From the NCBI GenBank assembly GCA_963666285.1, contig OY762711.1: DNA of 64,000 nt; one strand, given 5' to 3'. This DNA is from Sedimentisphaerales bacterium (GTDB lineage: Bacteria; Planctomycetota; Phycisphaerae; Sedimentisphaerales; SM23-30). Both the position numbers and the translations under genes were made by a program. The notes below the pieces were generated by a model that was not told the DNA's origin, ran no database searches, and saw only the letters and a program-made list of their open reading frames with translations. Below are positions 39,550 to 49,323 of the stretch, one piece after another; position 1 is the first letter of the stretch, and each line of letters begins with the position of its first letter.

Positions 39550-42500
39550 TTATTTTAACATTTCCTCTGACAAACCTTCTCCTTCCAGACTCAAGCTATG
39601 GAAATACTCCGGCACTTCTTTACCCAGCAGTTTGTCAACATACAGCTTAGCCAGATATTGCCCCAGCATGAATCCTTGACCGCGAAGACCAACGAACAGG
39701 CCACGCTGGGTATCTATTATTATTCTCGGCTCTACATAGTTGCCCGCCCACACTGCCTGCAGCCCAACCGAAGACAATTCAGGTATCCAGTCTATAAATA
39801 CCTCAGAAATTATTCGCATAAAATCGTCAGTATTAACTTTTAGATCCTTGTTGACTTCCTGCGGATCATATAATGGCGTTGCACAGCCGATAATCTGACC
39901 GGTCTCCTGAAGCTGCTGGCCGTAAACCGCGGTAAAACCCTTATAGTTCCTACGGTCAATCAGCATACCCAGCGGCTTTTTATCTATTCCCATAAATGGC
40001 ATTCTGCGGGTAATAAATGCCTGATGTTTCACTGCGTAAAGACCTGTACTATAGCCAAGTTTATCAGCAAATTTTTCTGCTTCGCTGCCCAGTGCATTAA
40101 TGAAGTATTTTGCATTAATCTTATGGTAATGGCGATTGTGGTCATACACCAGCGCGGTATAACCGGTATCGGTTTTGTCGATATCTACCAACTTACAGTC
40201 TTCCAGTATCCTGCCCTCTTTTGCCTTGCCGATTGTTCGCAGCAAGTCTATCACTTTGCCCGGTGACGCCTGCCAGCATCCTTTTGTAATCATTGCGGCA
40301 ATGTATTTTTTCAAATTTGGGTTCATGTAAGGACTGATATACCTGGAAAAATCGGACGGCTCAATCATAACCGCATCAGACCACGCTCTGGAGGCATCTA
40401 ATACGTTATAACTTTCCCGATCGTGAACAAATGTCACATAGTCCGTTTCACAGTAATCAACGTTGGATTTTTTATTCAAATCTTCAAATATAGACTTATT
40501 CTGACTGGCAATCTCGCTCAGCTCTGGCCTGGTAAAAACATTGCGACCACCGGCAATATTACGCCATGACGCACCAAAACCATAGTTTACCAGCATAGGC
40601 TTAAGACCGGCCTCAGATAAGTAGCGAAACAAGGCACTGCCGCCTATACCGCCGCCGGCCACGAGATATTCTGTTTCAAAGGTTGGGCTTAGCTTTTGAG
40701 TATGAAGCACCTGAGGAACATCTTTAATATAAAGCTCGCCCATTGTTACCTGGTTCGATAGAGGTGCCCGCGGGGTAGCTTCGCCGATAACCTGGATACC
40801 CTTGGATGCCAGCAGAGGCTTGAGCCGTCCTATACATCGCTTGCCGCGACAGGCACCCATACCCAGCCTGGTAGTATGCTTGATCTCTTCGATAGTAATA
40901 TAATTCCGTTTGCCGACCACATCCAGAATCTCGTCGAGTTTAACATCATCACAATGACAAATATATGTTACAGCTTCAATATCCTGGGTATTAGGTTCAA
41001 AGAAAAGGTTTTCAGGATAACTTTCAACTTCAATATAACCGCGAACTTGAAGCAGATCGCCATTATTGTCGCTATCGGCCTGGATCTTGACAATATTGGT
41101 CTTGTTGGGCTTTTTAATTATTTTCATTATGTGGCCGGCACCAAGCTTCCTGCCATCATTTCCTACCAGGTATACCTCTTTACCTTCTTCCGCTTCTCTT
41201 TCAACCGGTAAAAATAATATACGTTTCTGCAAATCATATCCAAACATCGCTAAACCGGGACACTGGCTGATACACTGCATGCACCCGGTACATTTATCAT
41301 AATCAATCTCTGGCACTGAACTGGTAGAACTCTTGGAAATCGCCCCAAAAGGACATGCAAACGCACATGGATTACATGCAAAGCCGTACAGACAGTCTAT
41401 CAATACAAATGGACGTTCCTGACGTTCTATATCCGGCAAAACCGGTGCTTCCAATATCCTCACCGGATGCTGCTGAGAATCGATATATTCTTTTGAAACT
41501 GCTAAATATTCATTGTGATCATAATCCAGGTTTAGCTCCTGGATTATCTCATATGCTACCCGCTTACCATGCAGGACCGCACTGGTACCTTCACCTATAC
41601 GAACCGCATCACCTACTCCGTAACAATGCCTGCCAAATACTTCACAACCTTTTGTTAAAAGAGTACTGTCTGGCACCAGGCCGGTGCAGATATTAATTGC
41701 CTCAATACCACGAATTATCTTCTCTGTACCCTCTATCGGCTCAAAATTCTTTGACTGGGCAATTACCGCACCTACTATCCCGTCATGATTATCGTTGGGT
41801 ATAGCCTTGATCAGTATGTGCTCTAGTAATATTGGCACACCAAGCCGCTTGATACGGTTGGCCTGTACTGGAAAGCCGCCTTCTTCGTCCTTAGCTTCCA
41901 GGATTGCCTTAACCTTCACCCCTGCCTGCATAAGCTGATATGATGTAAGATAGCCGATATTTCCAGCTCCGACCGTTAGCACATTCTTGCCCAGAAGTGT
42001 TAACTGTGTATTCATCATCTTTTGCACAACAGCAGCCGTGTAAACTCCCGGCAAATCGTCATTCTCAAACGGCGGCATAAACGGCACCGCACCTGTCGCT
42101 ACCACCAGGAACTGGGTATCTATATAAAATATCTCACCAGTCTCAAGATTCTTAACCGCTACTCGATTATTCTCAAGGAGATCCCACACTGTACAATTTA
42201 AAAAGATATTGTCATGATTATCGCCTGCCAAAGAATCAGCAATATCAAAACCTCTCATCCCGCCATACTTTTTTTGCTTCTCAAAGAAAAAGAACTGGTG
42301 AGTCTGCATTAAAAACTGGCCGCCTATCTGGCTGTTGTTATCCAGTACAATATTGTGAACCCCTGCCTGCTGCAATGTCTCTCGAACTGCAAGTCCGGAT
42401 GGCCCGGCGCCAATTATTACAACCTTTGTTCTATAAACATTGATATGCTCCCTAATCTCTGGCAACTGCACTCCCGGCTTATAATCAAGCGGAATATCTC

Positions 42501-42771
42501 GAACCTCTCTAACACCATCTACCTTGGTAACACAGATTCGCTTAATCTGGCCGTCTACAAGCATTTCACAAGCTCCGCACTTGCCAATACCACACTCCAA
42601 ACTACGCTTGCGGTTGGTTAAACTATGGCTGTGAACCGGAAATCCTGCCTGATGCAGTGCCGCAGCAATAGTGAAGCCCTTTTCTCCTGATATAAGATGA
42701 CCTTCATATCTGAAAGTAACTTTTTCTTTTTCTGTAACGTCTAAAATCGGATGAGTTGAAATCCTGTACAA
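39550..42771 (-). CDS. Fused flavo-iron-sulfur oxidoreductase (2Fe-2S + Pyr_redox + 4Fe-4S dicluster + BFD-like + DAO domain)
   Basis: CGIGKCGAC..C; GAGPSG; CNPCAFACP and CTGCMQCISQCP; CHC..GMGACRGKRC; second FAD motif GGGIGG. TTG start after AGGAG. Confidence 0.9.
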   Translation of the reverse strand: MYRISTHPILDVTEKEKVTFRYEGHLISGEKGFTIAAALHQAGFPVHSHSLTNRKRSLECGIGKCGACEMLVDGQIKRICVTKVDGVREVRDIPLDYKPGVQLPEIREHINVYRTKVVIIGAGPSGLAVRETLQQAGVHNIVLDNNSQIGGQFLMQTHQFFFFEKQKKYGGMRGFDIADSLAGDNHDNIFLNCTVWDLLENNRVAVKNLETGEIFYIDTQFLVVATGAVPFMPPFENDDLPGVYTAAVVQKMMNTQLTLLGKNVLTVGAGNIGYLTSYQLMQAGVKVKAILEAKDEEGGFPVQANRIKRLGVPILLEHILIKAIPNDNHDGIVGAVIAQSKNFEPIEGTEKIIRGIEAINICTGLVPDSTLLTKGCEVFGRHCYGVGDAVRIGEGTSAVLHGKRVAYEIIQELNLDYDHNEYLAVSKEYIDSQQHPVRILEAPVLPDIERQERPFVLIDCLYGFACNPCAFACPFGAISKSSTSSVPEIDYDKCTGCMQCISQCPGLAMFGYDLQKRILFLPVEREAEEGKEVYLVGNDGRKLGAGHIMKIIKKPNKTNIVKIQADSDNNGDLLQVRGYIEVESYPENLFFEPNTQDIEAVTYICHCDDVKLDEILDVVGKRNYITIEEIKHTTRLGMGACRGKRCIGRLKPLLASKGIQVIGEATPRAPLSNQVTMGELYIKDVPQVLHTQKLSPTFETEYLVAGGGIGGSALFRYLSEAGLKPMLVNYGFGASWRNIAGGRNVFTRPELSEIASQNKSIFEDLNKKSNVDYCETDYVTFVHDRESYNVLDASRAWSDAVMIEPSDFSRYISPYMNPNLKKYIAAMITKGCWQASPGKVIDLLRTIGKAKEGRILEDCKLVDIDKTDTGYTALVYDHNRHYHKINAKYFINALGSEAEKFADKLGYSTGLYAVKHQAFITRRMPFMGIDKKPLGMLIDRRNYKGFTAVYGQQLQETGQIIGCATPLYDPQEVNKDLKVNTDDFMRIISEVFIDWIPELSSVGLQAVWAGNYVEPRIIIDTQRGLFVGLRGQGFMLGQYLAKLYVDKLLGKEVPEYFHSLSLEGEGLSEEMLK

Positions 42772-42934
42772 AGCATGCTCCTGCTAACCCCCAATATCTG
42801 TTATTAATAAACCTACAAATCATAAGTAAAGATTTAACAAAAAATCAAAAAATCATTACCGGCACTTAATAATACTTATCAACAAATTCATAAGCATTTA
42901 AGGAAAGTCATAAAAACAAGAACCTTAATATCTA

Positions 42935-43513
42935 CTAAAAGCTCTCCAGCAATTCCCTCAGCAACTCCAGCGGCAACCCAACAACATTTGACTCACTACC
43001 TATAATATTGTCCACAAACTTATCGCCGCCCTCCTGGTATGCATACGCACCTGCCTTACCCTCCCAGGCACCTGACTCCAGGTAAGCATCCAGCTCTTCA
43101 TTAGTCATCGCACGCATATCAAGCTCTGTTACATCATGAGTAATTACCTTATGCCCTTTGGATGGACTCACTATCGCCAGGCCGGTTATCACTTTACTTG
43201 CTCCTGAAAAATAATGCGTCAGAATATGCTTGGCATGATCGACACACTTCGGCTTACCTATAATTCGACCGGAATGCACACAAACCGTGTCAGCTGCTAT
43301 TATCACCGCATGAGGATGCGCCTGAGCAACTTCCGCTGCCTTCAGATACGCCAGCGACTCTACCCAAACCTCCGGGGCCTGAGACACTTCCCATCCAGGC
43401 ACAGGCTCTTCTACATTTGCCGGTACAATATCAAAATCTGAGATTATCTCCTTTAACAAACCTGCTCGTCTGGGAGAACCACTTGCCAGTATAATTCTTA
43501 CATCTGATTTCAT
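42935..43513 (-). CDS. maf: Maf family nucleoside triphosphate pyrophosphatase
   Basis: IILASGSPRR, IIAADT..IIGKP, GKAGAY, SNVVGLP. Confidence 0.95.
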   Translation of the reverse strand: MKSDVRIILASGSPRRAGLLKEIISDFDIVPANVEEPVPGWEVSQAPEVWVESLAYLKAAEVAQAHPHAVIIAADTVCVHSGRIIGKPKCVDHAKHILTHYFSGASKVITGLAIVSPSKGHKVITHDVTELDMRAMTNEELDAYLESGAWEGKAGAYAYQEGGDKFVDNIIGSESNVVGLPLELLRELLESF

Positions 43514-43578
43514 ATTATTTTCCTGGGCCTAAGCGAACACCATCTCTACCGCCCACTGCCTGCTCAATAGTGTCTTCC

Positions 43579-44850
43579 TTATATTTTCTCATGCAGGTAT
43601 TTCTTTCCTTCCGGACCAAAATCCGCCACCGCATGACCGTTTCCTGCCATCAACCATTTATATATCGTTAAACCTTCCAGACCAACCGGCCCGCGAGAAT
43701 GGATCTTTCCGGTACTAATTCCCACCTCAGCTCCCAGGCCATAACGGAAACCATCGGCAAACCTGGTCGAACAATTCCAGAACACGCTCGAAGAATCCAC
43801 TAATGCCATAAACTCCTTCGCACAACCCTCGTTCTCCGTCACAATGCAATCTGTATGCCCTGAACCGTATTTGTTAATATGTTCTATTGCTTCTCCCAGG
43901 CTGTCCACCATCGCGATCGACAATATCATATCATTATATTCTGTCGCCCAGTCCTGCTCTGTCGCAGGCTTGCAGTTTATAACCTCACGCACACGCTCGT
44001 CTCCGCGGAGCTCTACATTAGCTTCTTCATACTCCTCGGCCAGCCGCAGCAATACGGTCTCCGCTATCGAACTGTGTACCAGCAAGGTCTCCATTGCATT
44101 ACATACCGCAGGATACTGACACTTGCTGTCAAACGCTACCCTCACGGCTTTATCAATATCAGCCCCCTCGTCAATATATACATGACAGATACCATCGGCA
44201 TGACCCATTACCGGTATCTTTGTATTATTCATAATATACTGCACAAATTCGTTCGAACCGCGAGGGATCACAAGATCAATATACTTGTCCATCGCCAGCA
44301 TAGCCTTTACATCGTCACGCGTCTCCAGCAAGGCCATCCACCCTACCGGCATACCGGCCGCCAGCGAAGCATTATAAATCGTATCTGCCAATACTCGGTT
44401 TGTATTTGCCGCTTCGCTCCCACCTTTCAGCAGCACGGCATTTCCGCTCTTCAACGCCAGCGTCGATATCTGCACCAATGCATCAGGGCGGCTCTCAAAT
44501 ACTATTCCCAGTACCCCTATCGGGCAACGTACACGCCTCAAAACCAGACCTTCATCAAGTTTCACTGCATCCATCTGCTGACCAACCGGATCTTCCAGCT
44601 TTATCAGCGATTCAATACCGTCAATTACACCGTCCAGCTTGCCGCGGTCAAACTTCAACCGTTTAAGCAACGCCCCGGCCAAACCTGCCTTACGCGAATT
44701 TTCCAGATCCTGCTCATTTGCTCTGAATATTTTATCACTTGCAGCTTCAAGGGCCTTCGCCACCTCGGCAAGTGCGGCATTTTTCATTTCACCAGACAAT
44801 GACGCCGCCTTGATCGATGCCTGGCGGGCCGATTTTGCGGTCTGTTCCAT
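43579..44850 (-). CDS. proA: Gamma-glutamyl phosphate reductase
   Basis: PIGVLGIVFESRP, LKGGSEA, IPRG, CNAMETLLV, STRFADGFRYGLGAEVGIST.K.HSRGPVGL. Confidence 0.97.
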   Translation of the reverse strand: MEQTAKSARQASIKAASLSGEMKNAALAEVAKALEAASDKIFRANEQDLENSRKAGLAGALLKRLKFDRGKLDGVIDGIESLIKLEDPVGQQMDAVKLDEGLVLRRVRCPIGVLGIVFESRPDALVQISTLALKSGNAVLLKGGSEAANTNRVLADTIYNASLAAGMPVGWMALLETRDDVKAMLAMDKYIDLVIPRGSNEFVQYIMNNTKIPVMGHADGICHVYIDEGADIDKAVRVAFDSKCQYPAVCNAMETLLVHSSIAETVLLRLAEEYEEANVELRGDERVREVINCKPATEQDWATEYNDMILSIAMVDSLGEAIEHINKYGSGHTDCIVTENEGCAKEFMALVDSSSVFWNCSTRFADGFRYGLGAEVGISTGKIHSRGPVGLEGLTIYKWLMAGNGHAVADFGPEGKKYLHEKI

Positions 44851-44947
44851 ATATCACAACTCCAAAACTATTATATTAAAATCCAAATGATTATTTACTT
44901 TAAATATTTGATTATATAAAATCAGACCATAAAAGACAATAAAAATA

Positions 44948-44974
44948 GGAACCACGGCATGACACCATGGTTCC
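44948..44974 (-). terminator. Hairpin between the DRE-TIM gene and proA
   Basis: GGAACCACGG..CCATGGTTCC flanked by A and T runs. Confidence 0.55.
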
Positions 44975-45084
44975 ATTCTCTTTTTTTACGCTACATTGGA
45001 AAGTTTTCTTATCAATACATCAAACGCAAACCTAAATAATTCGCTTAAAATATCAATTTATTCCATCCTCAAAAGACCAACTGC

Positions 45085-46038
45085 TTACTGGCTGCTGCAC
45101 AAATTCTCATAGAACTCACGATAGTTCTCCTTATCTGCTGAGTTTCTCAACGCCATCGCAGCCTTAGGATGCTCATTCAGCATACCGGCAATCGCATAAG
45201 GAATAATATAACCCCATTCTATTTCTTTTCGCAGCGGAACAAACTCACTCGAAATCAGCTCAAGGATCGGGCTCAGGTTAAACTTCGGATTCTTCAAAAA
45301 GCCCAACAACAGTTCCAGTGGACAGTTTCCGGCCGCACGACCAATTCCATATACTGTCGCATCCAGATAATTGGCTCCGTGAATAATACCTTCAATTGTA
45401 TTTCCAAATGCCAGCTGCTGGTTATTATGACCATGGAAACCTGTCTCAATTCCGGCTTCACCCAGGATGCTCACAAATTTCTTCGTCAGTTCTTCCATTG
45501 ACTCTTGATAAAGTGTTCCAAAGCTGTCAACAATATATACCGCATTAACCTTGGCCTCCTTGGCAATCTGCGCTAAGGCGGCATCCAACTCTGGACCCTG
45601 ATCGCGTGAAATCGCCATTATATTAATACAGGTCTCATAGCCCAGACCATGAAATGTATTATTCATCGCTATCGCTTTATCTACATCTTTAACATACATC
45701 GCGGTACGAACCAGGCTAACCGGGCTCTGATCAGCCTGCTTGACATTATTCATATCAACCCTGCCTATATCTGCCATAACCGATATCTTGGTATTGGTCT
45801 CAATTCCATCAATCACCTCTTCCAGCAGATCATCGTCACAAAACTTCCAGGGTCCATATTCTTCCGGGCTAAACAGGTCTTTGCTGTTCTTATAACCCAG
45901 TTCACAATAATCAACTCCGGAAGCAGCAATAGCCTTATATACTGTACGCACAAATTTCTTATCGAACTGATGATTATTTATCAAACCACCATCTCGAATT
46001 GTGCAATCCAGAACTTTTATCTGTTCTCTAAACATCAT
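45085..46038 (-). CDS. HMGL-like / DRE-TIM metallolyase (4-hydroxy-2-oxovalerate-aldolase-like catalytic domain)
   Basis: LDCTIRDGG, YIVDSFG, GFHGHNN, GIGRAAGNCPLE. Confidence 0.85.
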   Translation of the reverse strand: MMFREQIKVLDCTIRDGGLINNHQFDKKFVRTVYKAIAASGVDYCELGYKNSKDLFSPEEYGPWKFCDDDLLEEVIDGIETNTKISVMADIGRVDMNNVKQADQSPVSLVRTAMYVKDVDKAIAMNNTFHGLGYETCINIMAISRDQGPELDAALAQIAKEAKVNAVYIVDSFGTLYQESMEELTKKFVSILGEAGIETGFHGHNNQQLAFGNTIEGIIHGANYLDATVYGIGRAAGNCPLELLLGFLKNPKFNLSPILELISSEFVPLRKEIEWGYIIPYAIAGMLNEHPKAAMALRNSADKENYREFYENLCSSQ

Positions 46039-46309
46039 CTTCACCTCAAATTAGGGACTCACTGAAAAAATGTCAACAAAACTGTTATTATAAATAGAAA
46101 CAGCAGGATTTTAGATTATAACAATTATTTTCACTATTTCAAAGATTATATTAACCAATTTTCAAATTGAGTAATTAGAGGAAATGACACATACTAGCAA
46201 CCAAACAACACAATAAATCAACTTAAGGCATTGCAAATAAACTATTTACAAAAACAAGCAGGCTGGTAATTAATCACACTAAACCACCTACCTTGATATC
46301 CATGGTTAT

Positions 46310-48541
46310 TTAGTCATTAATTATCGAACGATCAAAAATATCTTCGTTATATATCAGGGTCGAACTCAGCCAGTCATAAGCCAGGTCGCTCAAATCCTGT
46401 ATCGCATCCCCATCCAGCCAAACCACCGCCAGAAGCTCAAAATCATACATATCAACCACACAATCGGAATTAAGATCGCCAGGCAGATACCCCCACGTAC
46501 CGCATACATCTTCTTCAATAGAAACACTGACCTCACGATAAATATCGTCGAAAGTGTCATCACTGCTTACCACATAATGACCTATCGTCTTAACACTACC
46601 CGCCCAGCTTCCTGGCTCTGTTATCGAAACAACTACTGTTTGCTCCTGGTTCCAGTTCGAACTGTCAAATGCCAGTGTCTTTACCACACCGGAACCTCGA
46701 CCAACACTTATCCCGGAAGATGGAGCCACCATCACATTCACACTACTCACCGGCTCATTATTCAAAACCAGGGTATAACTGTCAGTATACGCAGCACTAT
46801 TACTGTACAACCTCGTATTGCCATCTGTCTCAACTATTGTCACCGGCTCATAGAACAATAATTCGTTCTTTGCCAACGCCTTATCACTGAACCGCACATT
46901 GTCAATATATCCATCAATCTGATCGACCAGGTTGCCGTTATACCAGCCTCTCCCGAACGTCCACACTCCTGACGTTGCCAGCGCGTTTTCTGCCGATGTA
47001 TATGCAGACATATCCTGGCGGCCTATCTCCTGGTATCCGTTTCCATCCAGCGCATCACAATATAAAAGCAAAGTTGCTCCATCACATGTCAGCGCCAAAT
47101 GATACCATTGCCCGGCCTCCTGCACATAATCACTGTCCAACACCCATCGCTGACCGCCAACCGTTGCTAAATTCACCCGAAAACTGTCATTCAGGCCGTC
47201 ATTCTGCAGATAGAAATCTGACTCAGCCTCACTTCGGCTCGAACCATCCCTGCCAATAATCGTATTCCAGCCGGCCAGGCTGTTCAACATAACTGAAACC
47301 TCAATCGTCCACCGTTCTGGCTCCCACCCATTCAGCGGGGCATCCAGGGTATAACCATCCTGAATACCGTTACAATAAGCTGACAATCCGCTCCCGTTAT
47401 AAGTAATATCAGAATACGATGGTCCATAAGTCGAATCATATCCTCTGATCACATACCCGTTCACCCGGTCAACCGAACCATGTATTGGCATATCATAAAA
47501 CGGCAAACCATTCTCGCCGTCTTCAAAATCCCAGTACCCAACTGTATTTCCCTCTGACATCACCACTCCTACCATATCGCCCAGCACCGGCCAGCCGGCC
47601 TGATCCCAACCCATCTCATTTACACGCAGTGTTGGTGTCCCGCCCAAATTACCATCATATACATGATACGAAAAATAATCCTGACCGTTTACTGTTGTTA
47701 TATCGGCATGACCCGGCCCTATCCAGCGACCATTATTACCCACAAATAGCGTCCCGCCAGTTCCATAGAGCATTGACCGTCCGGCCTTGTCAACATACGG
47801 CCCAGTGATCGAAGTCGACCGGCCCACTACTATCTGATATGTACTGTCAACTCCGCTGCAGCAGCTGTCCCAGTTCACAAACAGGTAATAATACCCGTCC
47901 CGATAAATTATATACGAGGCCTCTGAGGCTGTGGAACTGTTACGCCTGGCCAGCTGATAAATCGTCGGCGGTGTAGTCGTAGGCTTAAGCGTACTGTTAT
48001 TCAGAGGCGTCAGCATTATCCCCTCCCAGTACGAACCAAACACCAGCCACATATCGCCATTAGCATCCTCTACAAACGTTCCATCGATCGCGTTATAAGT
48101 CGGCGAACCGCTCGGCGGCGAACTCAGTATTTCACCTTCATCCACCCATTCATAATTCGAGGCATAAGGGTTCAGCGTCTCATTAGACAACAGCCCCAGC
48201 AGCGAAGTCTGCGAACCAAAAGTCGAAGCAGAGTAGCATATATAATATTTTCCGTTATAATACGTCACATCTGGTGCCCAGATATCTGACACTCCTTCCA
48301 CCTTATCCTGCACCCATTGCGGTATATTCGGCATAACTCTACCCATATAATCCCAATAGATCAGATCCTGTGACCGTCGTACATCGAGACTACCGGTAGA
48401 ATATACATAATAATAACCGTCCGAATAAATCATGGACGGGTCATGCACATTGCGCATCTGCTGATCAACGGAAATCTGACCATACAAAACAACACTAAAC
48501 AGGCAAACTACTGTCAGACATAGAGATATGTAATTCCTCAT
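46310..48541 (-). CDS. GH43 endo-arabinanase-like enzyme with LamG and dockerin-like C-terminus
   Basis: VHDPS, WAPDV, AIDG, FGSYW.GI, EAS, GRS.SITGPYVD, GPGH; GDLNSDCVVDMYDF. Start MRNY after GGAG. Confidence 0.9.
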   Translation of the reverse strand: MRNYISLCLTVVCLFSVVLYGQISVDQQMRNVHDPSMIYSDGYYYVYSTGSLDVRRSQDLIYWDYMGRVMPNIPQWVQDKVEGVSDIWAPDVTYYNGKYYICYSASTFGSQTSLLGLLSNETLNPYASNYEWVDEGEILSSPPSGSPTYNAIDGTFVEDANGDMWLVFGSYWEGIMLTPLNNSTLKPTTTPPTIYQLARRNSSTASEASYIIYRDGYYYLFVNWDSCCSGVDSTYQIVVGRSTSITGPYVDKAGRSMLYGTGGTLFVGNNGRWIGPGHADITTVNGQDYFSYHVYDGNLGGTPTLRVNEMGWDQAGWPVLGDMVGVVMSEGNTVGYWDFEDGENGLPFYDMPIHGSVDRVNGYVIRGYDSTYGPSYSDITYNGSGLSAYCNGIQDGYTLDAPLNGWEPERWTIEVSVMLNSLAGWNTIIGRDGSSRSEAESDFYLQNDGLNDSFRVNLATVGGQRWVLDSDYVQEAGQWYHLALTCDGATLLLYCDALDGNGYQEIGRQDMSAYTSAENALATSGVWTFGRGWYNGNLVDQIDGYIDNVRFSDKALAKNELLFYEPVTIVETDGNTRLYSNSAAYTDSYTLVLNNEPVSSVNVMVAPSSGISVGRGSGVVKTLAFDSSNWNQEQTVVVSITEPGSWAGSVKTIGHYVVSSDDTFDDIYREVSVSIEEDVCGTWGYLPGDLNSDCVVDMYDFELLAVVWLDGDAIQDLSDLAYDWLSSTLIYNEDIFDRSIIND

Positions 48542-48876
48542 CGTATTCTCCACCTATCAGACTCTCTCGTATTTCTTTTCCTGCCCTATCTAAATCACAC
48601 ATTCACAGGATTGTAGCTTCCATTTTACTTATCGATCAAATACTGTATCCAATTTAACACTTGAATAAAGAGAGGTCAACTTTTATCTTATCTCATTTAC
48701 ACACCAATACTCAATTGTAGATTCCCTGATTTATCATAAAACACTCAGTGATACTCCTCTACTATTATTCACTCCTGCCTTTTCTTTCAATATCTTCTCG
48801 CCTTCTCTTCCATAGCATTCCTATAATATAGCGTTAAAACAAGTAAAATGGTTATCAAATTTTATACGGAGTCAAA

Positions 48877-49092
48877 ATGAAAAAGAACAATATCCTCAAA
48901 CTCTTAAACCTGCTGCTCTTTATTTCTATGCTCTTTCAGGCAGTGCTGATCTTCGGCCACGATCTATTCACACGCGATGTATTTATGCCGACCCACATGT
49001 GGAATGGCAGAGTCCTTATCATTCTCGCCATTATCCACCTCATACTGAACTGGTCCTGGGTAACGGCAAACTTCCTGCCCAAAAAGAAATAA
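48877..49092 (+). CDS. Small two-TM protein with paired His (DUF4405-like)
   Basis: GGAG RBS; H(x)13H pattern HMWNG..IIHLILNWSWV. Confidence 0.7.
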   Translation: MKKNNILKLLNLLLFISMLFQAVLIFGHDLFTRDVFMPTHMWNGRVLIILAIIHLILNWSWVTANFLPKKK

Positions 49093-49199
49093 ATACACAA
49101 AGGCAGTAAGCCAATTATAATTTGCCATCCTCCATATCAGTAGACAAAACATTGCCGACCACAACAGTTTAATATAAGAACACATCAACTTTAAAACAT

Positions 49200-49241
49200 G
49201 AATTGAGGTGTTGACAAACACCTCAATTCTTCATTATTCAT
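49200..49241. repeat. Palindromic core of repeat family B
   Basis: GAATTGAGGTGTT-GACA-AACACCTCAATTC-TTCATTATTCAT shares AACACCTCAATTCTTCA with 36622-36638. Confidence 0.6.
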
Positions 49242-49242
49242 A

Positions 49243-49295
49243 TCAGCAGGCAAAAGAAAAACTAATCGCTCAAAATTATATTTTCAGTGGTTGCC
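49243..49295. mobile_element. MITE family A, right arm only
   Basis: TCAGCAGGCAAAAGAAAAACTAATCGCTCAAAAT..TTTTCAGTGGTTGCC-TTAA, nearly identical to 24232-24283. Confidence 0.75.
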
Positions 49296-49323
49296 TTAAC
49301 TCTTATTTTTACTCTTAATATAT

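Noticed and set aside
39550..42771. Specific call as HCN synthase or sarcosine oxidase
   Set aside because: The domain set is shared by several families; substrate cannot be read from the sequence.
43515..43550. GAGATGGTGTTCGCT upstream of maf resembling a fluoride riboswitch
   Set aside because: The first stem is mismatched and the downstream pseudoknot partner is missing; better explained as a family-B repeat echo.
43879..44802. 307-aa plus-strand ORF
   Set aside because: Antisense shadow of proA; no motifs, explained by codon bias.
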